A stretch of 64,000 nt of DNA from Dehalococcoidia bacterium (GTDB lineage Bacteria; Chloroflexota; Dehalococcoidia; Lucifugimonadales; UBA3495): positions 17,002 through 81,001 of the forward strand of contig DAOUHR010000008.1 of NCBI GenBank assembly GCA_034428635.1. The letters run 5' to 3'. The first letter of the stretch is position 1; each line of letters opens with the position of its first letter. Below, piece after piece: positions 50,207-58,554 of the stretch. A program made the translations under genes and the position numbers. A model generated the notes under the pieces. It ran no database searches, was not told the origin of the DNA, and saw only the letters and a list, made by a program, of their open reading frames with translations.

Positions 50207-51196
50207 ATGAGTGTTGACACCAGCAATGTCATCCTGGAGGTGGAAGACCTCCACACCTACTTCTTTAACCGGACAAACACTGTTAAAGCGGTGGACGGCG
50301 TCAGCTTCTTCCTGAGGCAGGGGGAGACCTTGGGTATCGTAGGAGAGTCGGGGTGCGGCAAGACCATGACCGCCCTGTCGCTGCTGCGGTTGGTGCCCCA
50401 GCCGGCTGGGAAGATTATCAGCGGATCCATCCGGCTTAACGGCGACGATATCCTCCAGAAAAGCGAAGATGAAATGCGGCAGATCCGGGGGAGGCAGATC
50501 TCCATGATCCTGCAGGACCCCCAGACCTCCCTTAACCCCGTATTCACCATCGGAAACCAGTTGATGGAAGCGCTGGGTATGGCCCGCAAGGAAAGCCACA
50601 AGAACATGATCGGCCGGGCGGTGGACGCCCTGCGGAACGTGAACGTGGCAGCCCCGGAGCGACGCCTGGAAGACTTCCCCCACCAGATGAGCGGCGGAAT
50701 GAAGCAGAGGGTGGTGGGCGCCATCGCCCTTTCCTGTGAGCCTGGCGTCATCATCGCCGACGAGCCCACTACCGCCCTGGATGTGACCATTCAGCTTCAG
50801 TATCTGAGGTTGCTGAAGGACATCCAGGAGGAGACGGGCCTGGCAATCATCTTCATCACCCACGACTTTGGCGTAGTAGCCCGTATGTGCGACCGGGTGG
50901 CGGTAATGTATGCCGGCCGGGTGGTGGAAAACGGCCCGGTGCGTGAAATCTTCAACGAGCCATCCCACCCATATACCCGGGCGCTGATTGACTCGGTTCC
51001 CAAGCTGGAAGAACGAACTGAACGACTGTACTCCATCGATGGCCAGCCACCCCTGTTGTCCAACCTGCCAGAGGGTTGCCGCTTTGCCGACCGGTGCGAG
51101 TTCGTACGGGACAGATGCCGCGAGGCATATCCGCCTTCTTACACCGTCAAGGAAGGCCACACCGCCGACTGCTGGAGGATGGACGAATCATGGTAA
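50207..51196 (+). CDS. Oligopeptide/dipeptide-type ABC transporter ATP-binding protein (OppD/DppD-like)
   Basis: Walker A GESGCGKT, signature MSGGMKQRV, Walker B IIADEPTTALD and a C-terminal HPYT/CRFADRC block. ATG 50207. Confidence 0.85.
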   Translation: MSVDTSNVILEVEDLHTYFFNRTNTVKAVDGVSFFLRQGETLGIVGESGCGKTMTALSLLRLVPQPAGKIISGSIRLNGDDILQKSEDEMRQIRGRQISMILQDPQTSLNPVFTIGNQLMEALGMARKESHKNMIGRAVDALRNVNVAAPERRLEDFPHQMSGGMKQRVVGAIALSCEPGVIIADEPTTALDVTIQLQYLRLLKDIQEETGLAIIFITHDFGVVARMCDRVAVMYAGRVVENGPVREIFNEPSHPYTRALIDSVPKLEERTERLYSIDGQPPLLSNLPEGCRFADRCEFVRDRCREAYPPSYTVKEGHTADCWRMDESW

Positions 51197-52173
51197 CGAC
51201 CAATGGCGAAGCTCCCCTGCTTCAGGTGCAGAACCTGAAGAAGTATTTCCCGGTTACCAAGGGATTGATCCTGATGAAGACCATCGGCTACGTGCAGGCG
51301 GTGGACAGCATCAACTTCAGCATCCGCCAGGGCGAGACCCTGGGCCTGGTGGGCGAGTCGGGCTGCGGCAAAACCACCACCAGCAAGCTGATGCTCCGCC
51401 TGGAAACGCCCACGGAAGGGCAGATCCTCCTGGACGGCAAGGACATCCAGGATTTCCGGGGTTCCGAACTGCAGGACTACCGGACCACGGTGCAGGCCGT
51501 TTTTCAGGACCCCTGGTCTTCCCTGAGCCCCCGGATGCGGGTACGGGACATCATCTCTGAGCCACTGGTGGTCAACCGGCAGGTGAGCCACCAGGAACGG
51601 GACGAGCGGGTGGCCGAGGTGCTGTCGCAGGTGGGGTTGCACGCCGAGCAGGCTAACAACTACCCCCACGAGTTCAGTGGCGGCCAGCGCCAGAGAATCG
51701 CCGTGGCATCGGCTCTGGCTTCCTTCCCTAAGATGATTGTGTTGGATGAGCCCGTTTCAGCGCTGGACGTTTCCATCCGCGCCCAGATAATGAATCTGCT
51801 CGTAGACCTGCAGCAGGAGTATAACGTCAGCTACCTGCTCATCGCGCACAACCTGGCCACGGTGCGGTACATGGCCCACCAGACCGCGGTGATGTACCTG
51901 GGTCAGATTGTGGAGTATGCGGAGACGGAAGAGCTCTATCAGAACCCGCTGCACCCCTACACCAAGGCCCTGTTCTCGGCGGCCCTGCCTTCTCACCCGG
52001 ACCTGGTTAGGGAGGAAATTGTCCTCACCGGCGAAGTGCCGTCACCCATCAACCCTCCCTCCGGGTGCCGGTTTCACCCCAGGTGTCCATTCGCAATGGA
52101 CAAGTGCTCGGAGGAAATACCTGTGGACAAGGAAGTGTCCCCCGGTCACCGGGTCTCCTGCCACCTGTACTAA
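51190..52173 (+). CDS. Oligopeptide/dipeptide-type ABC transporter ATP-binding protein (OppF/DppF-like)
   Basis: Walker A GESGCGKT, signature FSGGQRQRI, Walker [12 protein letters not shown] and a C-terminal HPYT...GCRFHPRCP block. The ATG overlaps the upstream stop (ATGGTAA). Confidence 0.85.
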   Translation: MVTTNGEAPLLQVQNLKKYFPVTKGLILMKTIGYVQAVDSINFSIRQGETLGLVGESGCGKTTTSKLMLRLETPTEGQILLDGKDIQDFRGSELQDYRTTVQAVFQDPWSSLSPRMRVRDIISEPLVVNRQVSHQERDERVAEVLSQVGLHAEQANNYPHEFSGGQRQRIAVASALASFPKMIVLDEPVSALDVSIRAQIMNLLVDLQQEYNVSYLLIAHNLATVRYMAHQTAVMYLGQIVEYAETEELYQNPLHPYTKALFSAALPSHPDLVREEIVLTGEVPSPINPPSGCRFHPRCPFAMDKCSEEIPVDKEVSPGHRVSCHLY

Positions 52174-52211
52174 GCAGGGCAGAGCAGACCCATCCATCCA
52201 GACAAAGCAAC

Positions 52212-52244
52212 GGGCCGGACTTGATGTCCGGCCCGCTTGATTTT
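52212..52244. terminator. Bidirectional intrinsic terminator between convergent genes
   Basis: GGGCCGGAC-ttgat-GTCCGGCCC forms a perfect 9-bp stem. GCTTGATTTT follows on the plus strand and GTTGCTTTG on the minus strand. Confidence 0.7.
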
Positions 52245-52261
52245 GCCCTCAGTGAGTAAGG

Positions 52262-53047
52262 CTACTCGTCCCACTCCCCATCGAGGTCGGGAATCTTGAC
52301 GAATTCCACCGTGCCCTCTTCATCCTCGTCCAGGTCGTCGCCGTCCAGGTAGTTCAAGGCATTCTGGCCGGCCAGGGGGCGGCGCTCCGCCCTGTTTTTG
52401 GTCGGGAAGGAGGTGATGTTGTGCAGGCTGGGGTGCCGGTATACCTCCCGAATGCTAATGTAAACGCCCCAGTCATTGATGCCCACCACGGCAGCCTCGT
52501 AACGGTTGCCGCCGGCCATCAGGCGCGCCAGGCGGGTAGCCAGCCTGGCCTCTACCTTGCCGAGAAATTCGCCTTCCCGGACATAGGCGAAAATCGCCTG
52601 GTTCTGGGCCACCAGCGTTACCGAGTCACCCGGGGCTACGCTGGCCAGGATTTTGGAGCCGGCAGGACGCTGCAACACAGTGGTGCCGGACTTGCCGCTC
52701 TCCGCGATGAAGAACTTGGACAAGCCGCCGGACTTGCGGGTCTGCTTTGCGTCAGCCGGCGCGTTTTCCAGTTGTTCCAGCCGGGCCAGATTCTTCTGGG
52801 CAATGTTATTGTAGGGCGCTCTGGCAACTACCTCCACCAGCGCCTCCCTTGCCTGCGCGTATTCGCCCAGTTCAATGAAGGCATGGCCAAGGCGGTTCTT
52901 GGCGTCGGTATCTTCGGGATAAAGTGTCAGCAGGGCCTGGTTTACTTCGGTGGCGCGCTGCCATTCACCCTTCATCGCCAGGTCAATGGCTTCCTTGCTC
53001 CACTCCCGTCTCAGTCTGCTCTTGTCTGAAGTCTTTGTCGTTTGCAT
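52262..53047 (-). CDS. TPR-repeat protein with unassigned C-terminal domain and acidic tail
   Basis: TPR-like helices (GEWQRATEVNQALLTLYPEDTDAKNRLGHAFIELGEYAQAREALVEVV). The C-terminal half (about 150 aa) is not recognised. The tail is DGDDLDEDEEG...DLDGEWDE. ATG 53047 with GGAGTGA upstream. Confidence 0.55.
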   Translation of the reverse strand: MQTTKTSDKSRLRREWSKEAIDLAMKGEWQRATEVNQALLTLYPEDTDAKNRLGHAFIELGEYAQAREALVEVVARAPYNNIAQKNLARLEQLENAPADAKQTRKSGGLSKFFIAESGKSGTTVLQRPAGSKILASVAPGDSVTLVAQNQAIFAYVREGEFLGKVEARLATRLARLMAGGNRYEAAVVGINDWGVYISIREVYRHPSLHNITSFPTKNRAERRPLAGQNALNYLDGDDLDEDEEGTVEFVKIPDLDGEWDE

Positions 53048-53309
53048 TGCTTTATCACTCCATGGAAAAACCAAAAAATTGCGCTGTTCCTTGCCGCTAA
53101 ACCTTCCTTAAGAAATATGCTTGATTGGTACAGCATTTGCCCGAGTAAGGTCAAGGCATTTTTGTAGAAAGTTTATACTTTTCTTATATTTTGGACATAA
53201 TTAGCGATACCGGCGGATTAATATCCTTGCCTTGCATTAAGAATATACATAGATTAGTGAGCTAATATTACTTGAGCATTACCGGCAATACTAATTTCGT
53301 AGGGATTCT

Positions 53310-54026
53310 TCATTTTTCGGCCCTCAATCGCCAGCGTATCTTGATGACGTCCCAAGCCATGGCTACCGCATCACGCAGGGGACGGACCTTGCTCCCCTCC
53401 CGGTAGTGCCAGTCAATGGCCACTTCCCTGACCACCAGTCCGGCCCGCCGGGCCTGATAGAGAATCTCCACGTCGAAGGCAAAACCCCACAGGGTCTGCC
53501 GCTCGAACAGGGCCACCGTGGTTTCCGCCCTGAAGAGTTTGAACCCGCACTGGGTGTCCCTGATGCCTGGCATCGCCAGTGCCCGAATCAGCAGGTTAAA
53601 CACCCTGCCCATCAGGTGCCGGCGGGCCGGCTCCCCAATACGGCGGGACTGGTCCAGTTCCCGCGAACCCACCAGGATGTCTGCTGCCTCATCGCCAGGT
53701 CCCAGGAATCTTCCGATTTGCTCTACCGGCATGGACAGGTCAGCATCGCACAGGAAGCGGAAAGTGCCGGTGGCCGCCAGCATGCCCTGCTGCACTGCCC
53801 AGCCCTTGCCCCGGTGTTCCAGAGACAGCAACTGTACTCGGGGGTTTTCGCTGGCAAAGGCGGAGACCTGCTGGGCCGTTTCGTCGATGCTGCCATCGTC
53901 GGCCACCACGATTTCCCACGGGTAGGACTGGAGTGACAGATAGGCGTGAACCTGATCCAGCGTAGCCTCAATCCGCGCTTCTTCGTTGTACGCCGGAATT
54001 ACGACGGAGAGATAGGGCTGGGTCAC
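53310..54026 (-). CDS. Family 2 glycosyltransferase (polyprenyl-phosphate hexosyltransferase-like)
   Basis: LSVVIPAYNEEARI, VVADDGSIDET and DADLSMP (DxD) motifs. GTG start with GGGAGG upstream. Confidence 0.8.
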   Translation of the reverse strand: MTQPYLSVVIPAYNEEARIEATLDQVHAYLSLQSYPWEIVVADDGSIDETAQQVSAFASENPRVQLLSLEHRGKGWAVQQGMLAATGTFRFLCDADLSMPVEQIGRFLGPGDEAADILVGSRELDQSRRIGEPARRHLMGRVFNLLIRALAMPGIRDTQCGFKLFRAETTVALFERQTLWGFAFDVEILYQARRAGLVVREVAIDWHYREGSKVRPLRDAVAMAWDVIKIRWRLRAEK

Positions 54027-54055
54027 GGGGCCTCCCTGGCGGGTGATGAAACGAG

Positions 54056-55282
54056 TCAGTCTTCTTCGCCCAGCTGGAAACCCTCGTGCAGCAGTCGGAC
54101 CGCATCGGACACCTGATCCTCCTTGATGATGCAGGAAATCCGAATCTCGGAAGTGGTAATCATGTCGATGTTAATTTTGCCCTCAGCCAGGATTCGGAAC
54201 ATCCGTGACGCATAGCCGGGCGTGTTCTGCATGCCCGAACCGACCACGTGGACCGACGCCAGGGTGGGGTCGCTGATCACATCCGTCCCCCCCAGTTGGG
54301 AAAGCAGGGCCTGAACTTCGGCATGGGCCTGGGCCAAGTCGGACCGGCTGACGGTGAAGCTGATGTCGGTGATGCGCTCCAGGCTGGTGTTCTGGACAAT
54401 CGTGTCCACGTTGATGCCCTTCGCCGCCAGCGGTTCAAACAGGGCGGCGGCTATGCCGGGCCTGTCAGGCAGGGACCGAACGGTTATCTTGGCGATGTTT
54501 GCCTGGTAGGCGATTCCCGTAACCTTGACCCGATTTTCCAGCTCTCTCACTATATCTACCCGGTGAATCAAAGTTCCTGGCGCGTCCCCAAAGCTGGACG
54601 CCACGTAGATGGGCACGTCGTTGGCCTCCCCCAGTTCTATGGACCGGGGATGCATCTTGGCGCCGTAGCTGGCCAGTTCCAGCATTTCCTCGTAACCTAT
54701 CTCGGTCAGCTTGCGAGCGTTCGGCACGATGCGCGGGTCGGCAGTATAAATGCCGTCCACGTCGGTGTAAATATCACAGCGGTCGGCGCCCAGGGCTGCG
54801 GCCAGGGCCACGGCAGTGGTGTCCGAGCCTCCCCGACCCAGGGTGGTAATGTCCATCTCCTCAGTTATGCCCTGGAACCCGGCCACGATAACCACCTTGC
54901 CGTCGGACAGTTCGCTCTGCACCCGGCCGGGGTCAATGCTGAAAATGCGGGCCTTGCCGTACATATCGTCGGTTCGTATGCCGGCCTGGAACCCGCTGAG
55001 CGTGATGGCGTCATACCCCAGGTTGCGCAGGGCCATGGTCAGCAGGGTGCAGGACACCAGTTCGCCGGTGGAAAGGAGCAGGTCCAGTTCCCGGGGGTCG
55101 GGTTCATCGGCAATAGTGTGGGCCAGGCCAATCAACTCGTCGGTTGTGTCGCCCATGGCGGAAGCCACGGCAACGATGCTTTGACCCGAGTCCTTGATGC
55201 TGGCGATTCTCCGAGCCACGTTGCCGATCTTCTCCGCGTCGGCAACGGAACTGCCTCCGTATTTGTGGACTACCAGTGCCAA
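54056..55282 (-). CDS. lysC: Aspartate kinase (two C-terminal ACT domains)
   Basis: LVVHKYGGSSVADAEKI, GRGGSDTTAVALAAAL and ACT-like repeats. I chose TTG 55282 with GGAGG 10 nt upstream. The ORF-track start at 55384 adds 34 non-homologous residues and covers repeat copy d. Confidence 0.85.
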   Translation of the reverse strand: MALVVHKYGGSSVADAEKIGNVARRIASIKDSGQSIVAVASAMGDTTDELIGLAHTIADEPDPRELDLLLSTGELVSCTLLTMALRNLGYDAITLSGFQAGIRTDDMYGKARIFSIDPGRVQSELSDGKVVIVAGFQGITEEMDITTLGRGGSDTTAVALAAALGADRCDIYTDVDGIYTADPRIVPNARKLTEIGYEEMLELASYGAKMHPRSIELGEANDVPIYVASSFGDAPGTLIHRVDIVRELENRVKVTGIAYQANIAKITVRSLPDRPGIAAALFEPLAAKGINVDTIVQNTSLERITDISFTVSRSDLAQAHAEVQALLSQLGGTDVISDPTLASVHVVGSGMQNTPGYASRMFRILAEGKINIDMITTSEIRISCIIKEDQVSDAVRLLHEGFQLGEED

Positions 55283-55374
55283 CCTAACCTGACCTCCGAA
55301 ACCTTCCCCTATCAGTAAGCTATTCCGAACCGCCGCAAGTTTCTCAAAATGTACACGATGGTTTGTGAACCTCG

Positions 55375-55417
55375 TCACTCCCATCCCTGCCTTCCCCCAT
55401 CAAGGGCCAAGGGGAAG
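55375..55417 (-). repeat. Hairpin repeat copy d (overlaps the thrB stop codon)
   Basis: The minus-strand read is cttccccttggcccttgatgggggaaggcagggatgggagtga. Its 5' arm and loop encode the last thrB codons (LPLGP) and the TGA. Confidence 0.65.
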
Positions 55418-56359
55418 CCGAATCAGGGTCCAATCCGTGCCGGCAACGTGGGCGCCGCTGGCCGTGGGGCGAGTGATTTCCATTTTGCCCGGCACCCCGG
55501 TCAAGCGGGCCGCTTCGAACATCTCGTAGGCCACCGTCATTTCCCGTCCGCGGGTGAGGGCCAGCACCGTGGAACCGCTGCCCGACAGGAAGACGCCCAG
55601 CGCTCCGGCATCCCTGGCAGCAGCGAATATCAGCTTTATAGCGGGGAACAGGGGCTGACGGTACGGTTGATGCAGCTTGTCCTGGGTCGCCACGTCCAGG
55701 TACTCGGGCCGGTCCAGGGCCATGCCGGCCACCAGCAGGGCCACCCGCCCCATGTTGAAGACGGCGTCGGCCACGCTGACCTGACCGGGCAGCACCGCCC
55801 GGGCGTTGACGGTGGCTATGCGGGTCTCCGGAATGAACAGGACGGCCTGAATGTCCTCTGGCACGGGAATGGGGGCCGTGTAAAGCTGGGGCCCGTCGGA
55901 TACCACCAGTTGCAGGCCACCCAGAACAGCGGCAGCCACGTTATCAGGGTGGCCCTCTATCGTTGCCGCCATCTCCAGCAGTTCATTGGCGGAATACGGA
56001 TCGCCGCACAGAGTATTGGCAGCCACCAATCCACCGGCAATTGCCGCCGCGCTGCTGCCCATACCGCGGCTCAGGGGAATGGTGTTGTGGCAGCGGAGTC
56101 GCAAGGGGGGCATTTCCAGCCCGGCCTCGTCAAAAAGAAACTTCAGGGCTCGGAAAGTAAGATTGCTGGCGTCGGAAGCCAGTTCGTCCACACCCTCTCC
56201 GGCAACTTCAACTTGAGACGACTCCGGTGAGCCTTCAGGCGCCGGTATGACCTCCAGCCGGTTCCACAGGTCAAGAGCCATGCCAAGGCAGTCAAACCCC
56301 GGGCCCAGATTGGCCGTGGTGGCGGGGGCCAAAACCTCAAATGGTTGAAAGTTTTCCAT
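55400..56359 (-). CDS. thrB: Homoserine kinase
   Basis: APATTANLGPGFDCLGMAL and the GHMP-kinase motif PLSRGMGSSAAAI. RBS AGGGAG. Confidence 0.9.
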   Translation of the reverse strand: MENFQPFEVLAPATTANLGPGFDCLGMALDLWNRLEVIPAPEGSPESSQVEVAGEGVDELASDASNLTFRALKFLFDEAGLEMPPLRLRCHNTIPLSRGMGSSAAAIAGGLVAANTLCGDPYSANELLEMAATIEGHPDNVAAAVLGGLQLVVSDGPQLYTAPIPVPEDIQAVLFIPETRIATVNARAVLPGQVSVADAVFNMGRVALLVAGMALDRPEYLDVATQDKLHQPYRQPLFPAIKLIFAAARDAGALGVFLSGSGSTVLALTRGREMTVAYEMFEAARLTGVPGKMEITRPTASGAHVAGTDWTLIRLPLGP

Positions 56360-56491
56360 TACTCCCTGTGAGTTTGCCTTGAACTTCTGTTGACAGGTCT
56401 GGCTTTAGTTTTGACTGTTTCCGTCAATCTTTACCGTTAAATTAGCCCCGGACGGTCAAGGTTCCGAACTGTTTCCGTGCAACGGTAGAGA

Positions 56492-56520
56492 ATTATAGGT
56501 GCATTGAGGCGATTAGGCAA
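56492..56520 (-). promoter_or_regulatory. Candidate promoter of thrB-lysC
   Basis: On the minus strand: TTGCCT (56520..56515), a 17-nt spacer, then TATAAT (56497..56492). This gives a leader of about 125 nt. Confidence 0.45.
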
Positions 56521-56818
56521 TTGCTTTTGAATGACGACATGGGCAAATCGCCCTTTGAGGCAATGGATTGCTGACTCTTTGGGTTTGGGCCAGGATATAG
56601 TCCGTCGTGGACCTCGAACATTGCCCGCGAGGCACTCTTGGAAGACCGAACCGAATTTCCTGGCAAGATTTTCGGGCCCTTCGGCAAGCTCAGGGCGGTC
56701 CATAACTCTTGGGTAGTGCCAAAGCAAGGTCCCGAACACTATTGCCCTGGAGTACAGGAAACAACCAAGAACGGGACAATTCTGACAAACCCCAACCCTT
56801 GGGACTGTTGCCTGCCTT

Positions 56819-58186
56819 CTATTTTCCTGAAGCGGCGGCGCCGTTGGGATAGAGTTGCTCCAGGGCATCGAAGGGGTTGGATTTGCCATTGCTGGAGAAG
56901 CGGTGGGCAGGAACCGTTCCCGCCGGAGAAACGGCCCTGACGGCGTTTAGATAGTCTTGCGCCAGGCGCGGCAACAGGAACTTCTCCCTCACCCGCTCGC
57001 GGGCGGCCTTTCCCATCCGGGACCGCAAGTCTTCGTCGTGGATGAGCTGAACGATTCGTTCCCCGCATTCTGATGGGTTGTCGACCAGGAAGCCGCTGAC
57101 TTCGTCCTCAATCTGCATCCGGATGCCTCCCACGTTGCCGCCTATTACGGGCTGTCCCTTCCACATAGCTTCGGTGACGGTCAGGCCAAACCCCTCCCGG
57201 GTGGACTTCTGGAGTACCACCTGCGAAGCGGTCTGGAAGGCGTTAACGATGCGATCTATGGAGTCGGGAAGAGCTTCCGGGTAAAAGTAGGCGTGGATGT
57301 CCGGATCGTTCCCGGCGAATTCAGTCACGCTGTGAAGCACTCCCAGGGCCTCCGGGTCGTCGGCAGCCTGGCTCAGGCCCAGCAGGGCAAGTTGGAGGCC
57401 CGGGACAGATTCCCTGGCCTGGCGGAAGGCGTCCATTACGCCCCACGGGTCCTTCCAGTAGTCGAACCGGGATACCTGAGTTACCAGCGGACGGGCAGGG
57501 TCAATGCCCATGGCGGCCACGATTGCCAGTGCTTCGTCCCGAGGCATCGAAGTGTTCTTGCTGGTCAGAGGGTCAATGGACGGTGGCGTAATGTAAACAG
57601 GGTAGCGCCCGACTATATCGTCAGGTACGAACTGGTCCATGGAGAAGGCCAGACCATCGTAGTGGGCAGTCAGGGGGGCCAGAGCGTCCAGTGTCTCGGC
57701 GTTGGGCGTCGTGAGGTCGATGTGGCACACCCAGAAACGCAGTTCGTCACTTTTCCTGGGCAAGAGCATGGACAGGGGCAGCAGCTGTGGGTCATGAAAG
57801 AACCAAACGCTGGCTTCCAGGTCCCTGCCTTCAATGTCTTCGGCCACCTGCTCCATGCACTGGAAATAGACTGCCAGTTCTTCCTGGCTCAGGGCCCCGG
57901 GAGAGCCCTGCAGCAGATTGTGGATGCGCTTGGTGACCTGAAAGAATTCGAGATTTTCGGGGCTGACCACGATGCGCTCGGTAGGCAGACCCAGGGTGTT
58001 CATAAAGGGCACCAGCGACTGCAGGATTTCCGCCACGCCGCCGCCGGTAGCTGTACTATTGGCGTGGACAAAGCGCAGCCCACGGAACTGCTCCGACAGG
58101 TTGTGCAGGTTGTCCATTAGTTGCTGGGGGAGCAGGGAAGCGTACTTTTGCAGGGGGACTTCCGGGTGGTTGACGCGCAATAACAT
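56819..58186 (-). CDS. treT: Trehalose glycosyltransferring synthase-like GT4 glycosyltransferase
   Basis: FVHANSTATGGGVAEILQSLVPFMNTLGL...FFQVTKRIHNLLQG closely parallels the archaeal TreT N-terminus (FVHVNSTSFGGGVAEIL). The C-terminal GT-B block is STREGFGLTVTEAMWKGQPVIG. Confidence 0.65.
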   Translation of the reverse strand: MLLRVNHPEVPLQKYASLLPQQLMDNLHNLSEQFRGLRFVHANSTATGGGVAEILQSLVPFMNTLGLPTERIVVSPENLEFFQVTKRIHNLLQGSPGALSQEELAVYFQCMEQVAEDIEGRDLEASVWFFHDPQLLPLSMLLPRKSDELRFWVCHIDLTTPNAETLDALAPLTAHYDGLAFSMDQFVPDDIVGRYPVYITPPSIDPLTSKNTSMPRDEALAIVAAMGIDPARPLVTQVSRFDYWKDPWGVMDAFRQARESVPGLQLALLGLSQAADDPEALGVLHSVTEFAGNDPDIHAYFYPEALPDSIDRIVNAFQTASQVVLQKSTREGFGLTVTEAMWKGQPVIGGNVGGIRMQIEDEVSGFLVDNPSECGERIVQLIHDEDLRSRMGKAARERVREKFLLPRLAQDYLNAVRAVSPAGTVPAHRFSSNGKSNPFDALEQLYPNGAAASGK

Positions 58187-58554
58187 AAAAGATACAAACC
58201 TGAGAGAAGTTAGTCAGCGCAGCCGCGAATTGAGGCGACGCAAAACGTGTCCATTATTCCACTGGAGGTTGAAGCAAAGCAATAACCCGGAGCCGCCTTT
58301 TCGCAAAATCACGTAAACATTTTGTTACGGATTCGAACATCACCTAGCTGGAACAAGGTCATATCCAATCCAGTTACTTCTGCGGGGACCTTGAGCACAG
58401 TTAATTTGGGGTTGCAGAGACCGACGATCCGGCCCATCCGTCGTCATCGGATGGGAAAGGGTGTTACCCGGCGAGACTACACAAACAGGTCACCGGCTAA
58501 CGCCCGACCGAGTCACAAGCTGAACCCGCCGGAGCACCCGGGGCTATACGCCGG

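Noticed and set aside
56437-56889. The 150-aa minus-strand ORF between treT and thrB as a real gene.
   Set aside because: Its 5' part overlaps the treT 3' end. It has no RBS and an odd Pro/Arg/Cys-rich composition. It also runs through the predicted thrB promoter.
58326-58346. A tRNA gene suggested by GTTCGAATCC on the minus strand.
   Set aside because: The flanking bases TGATG and CCGTA cannot form the T-stem. No acceptor or anticodon arm can be drawn. At most it is a tRNA remnant.
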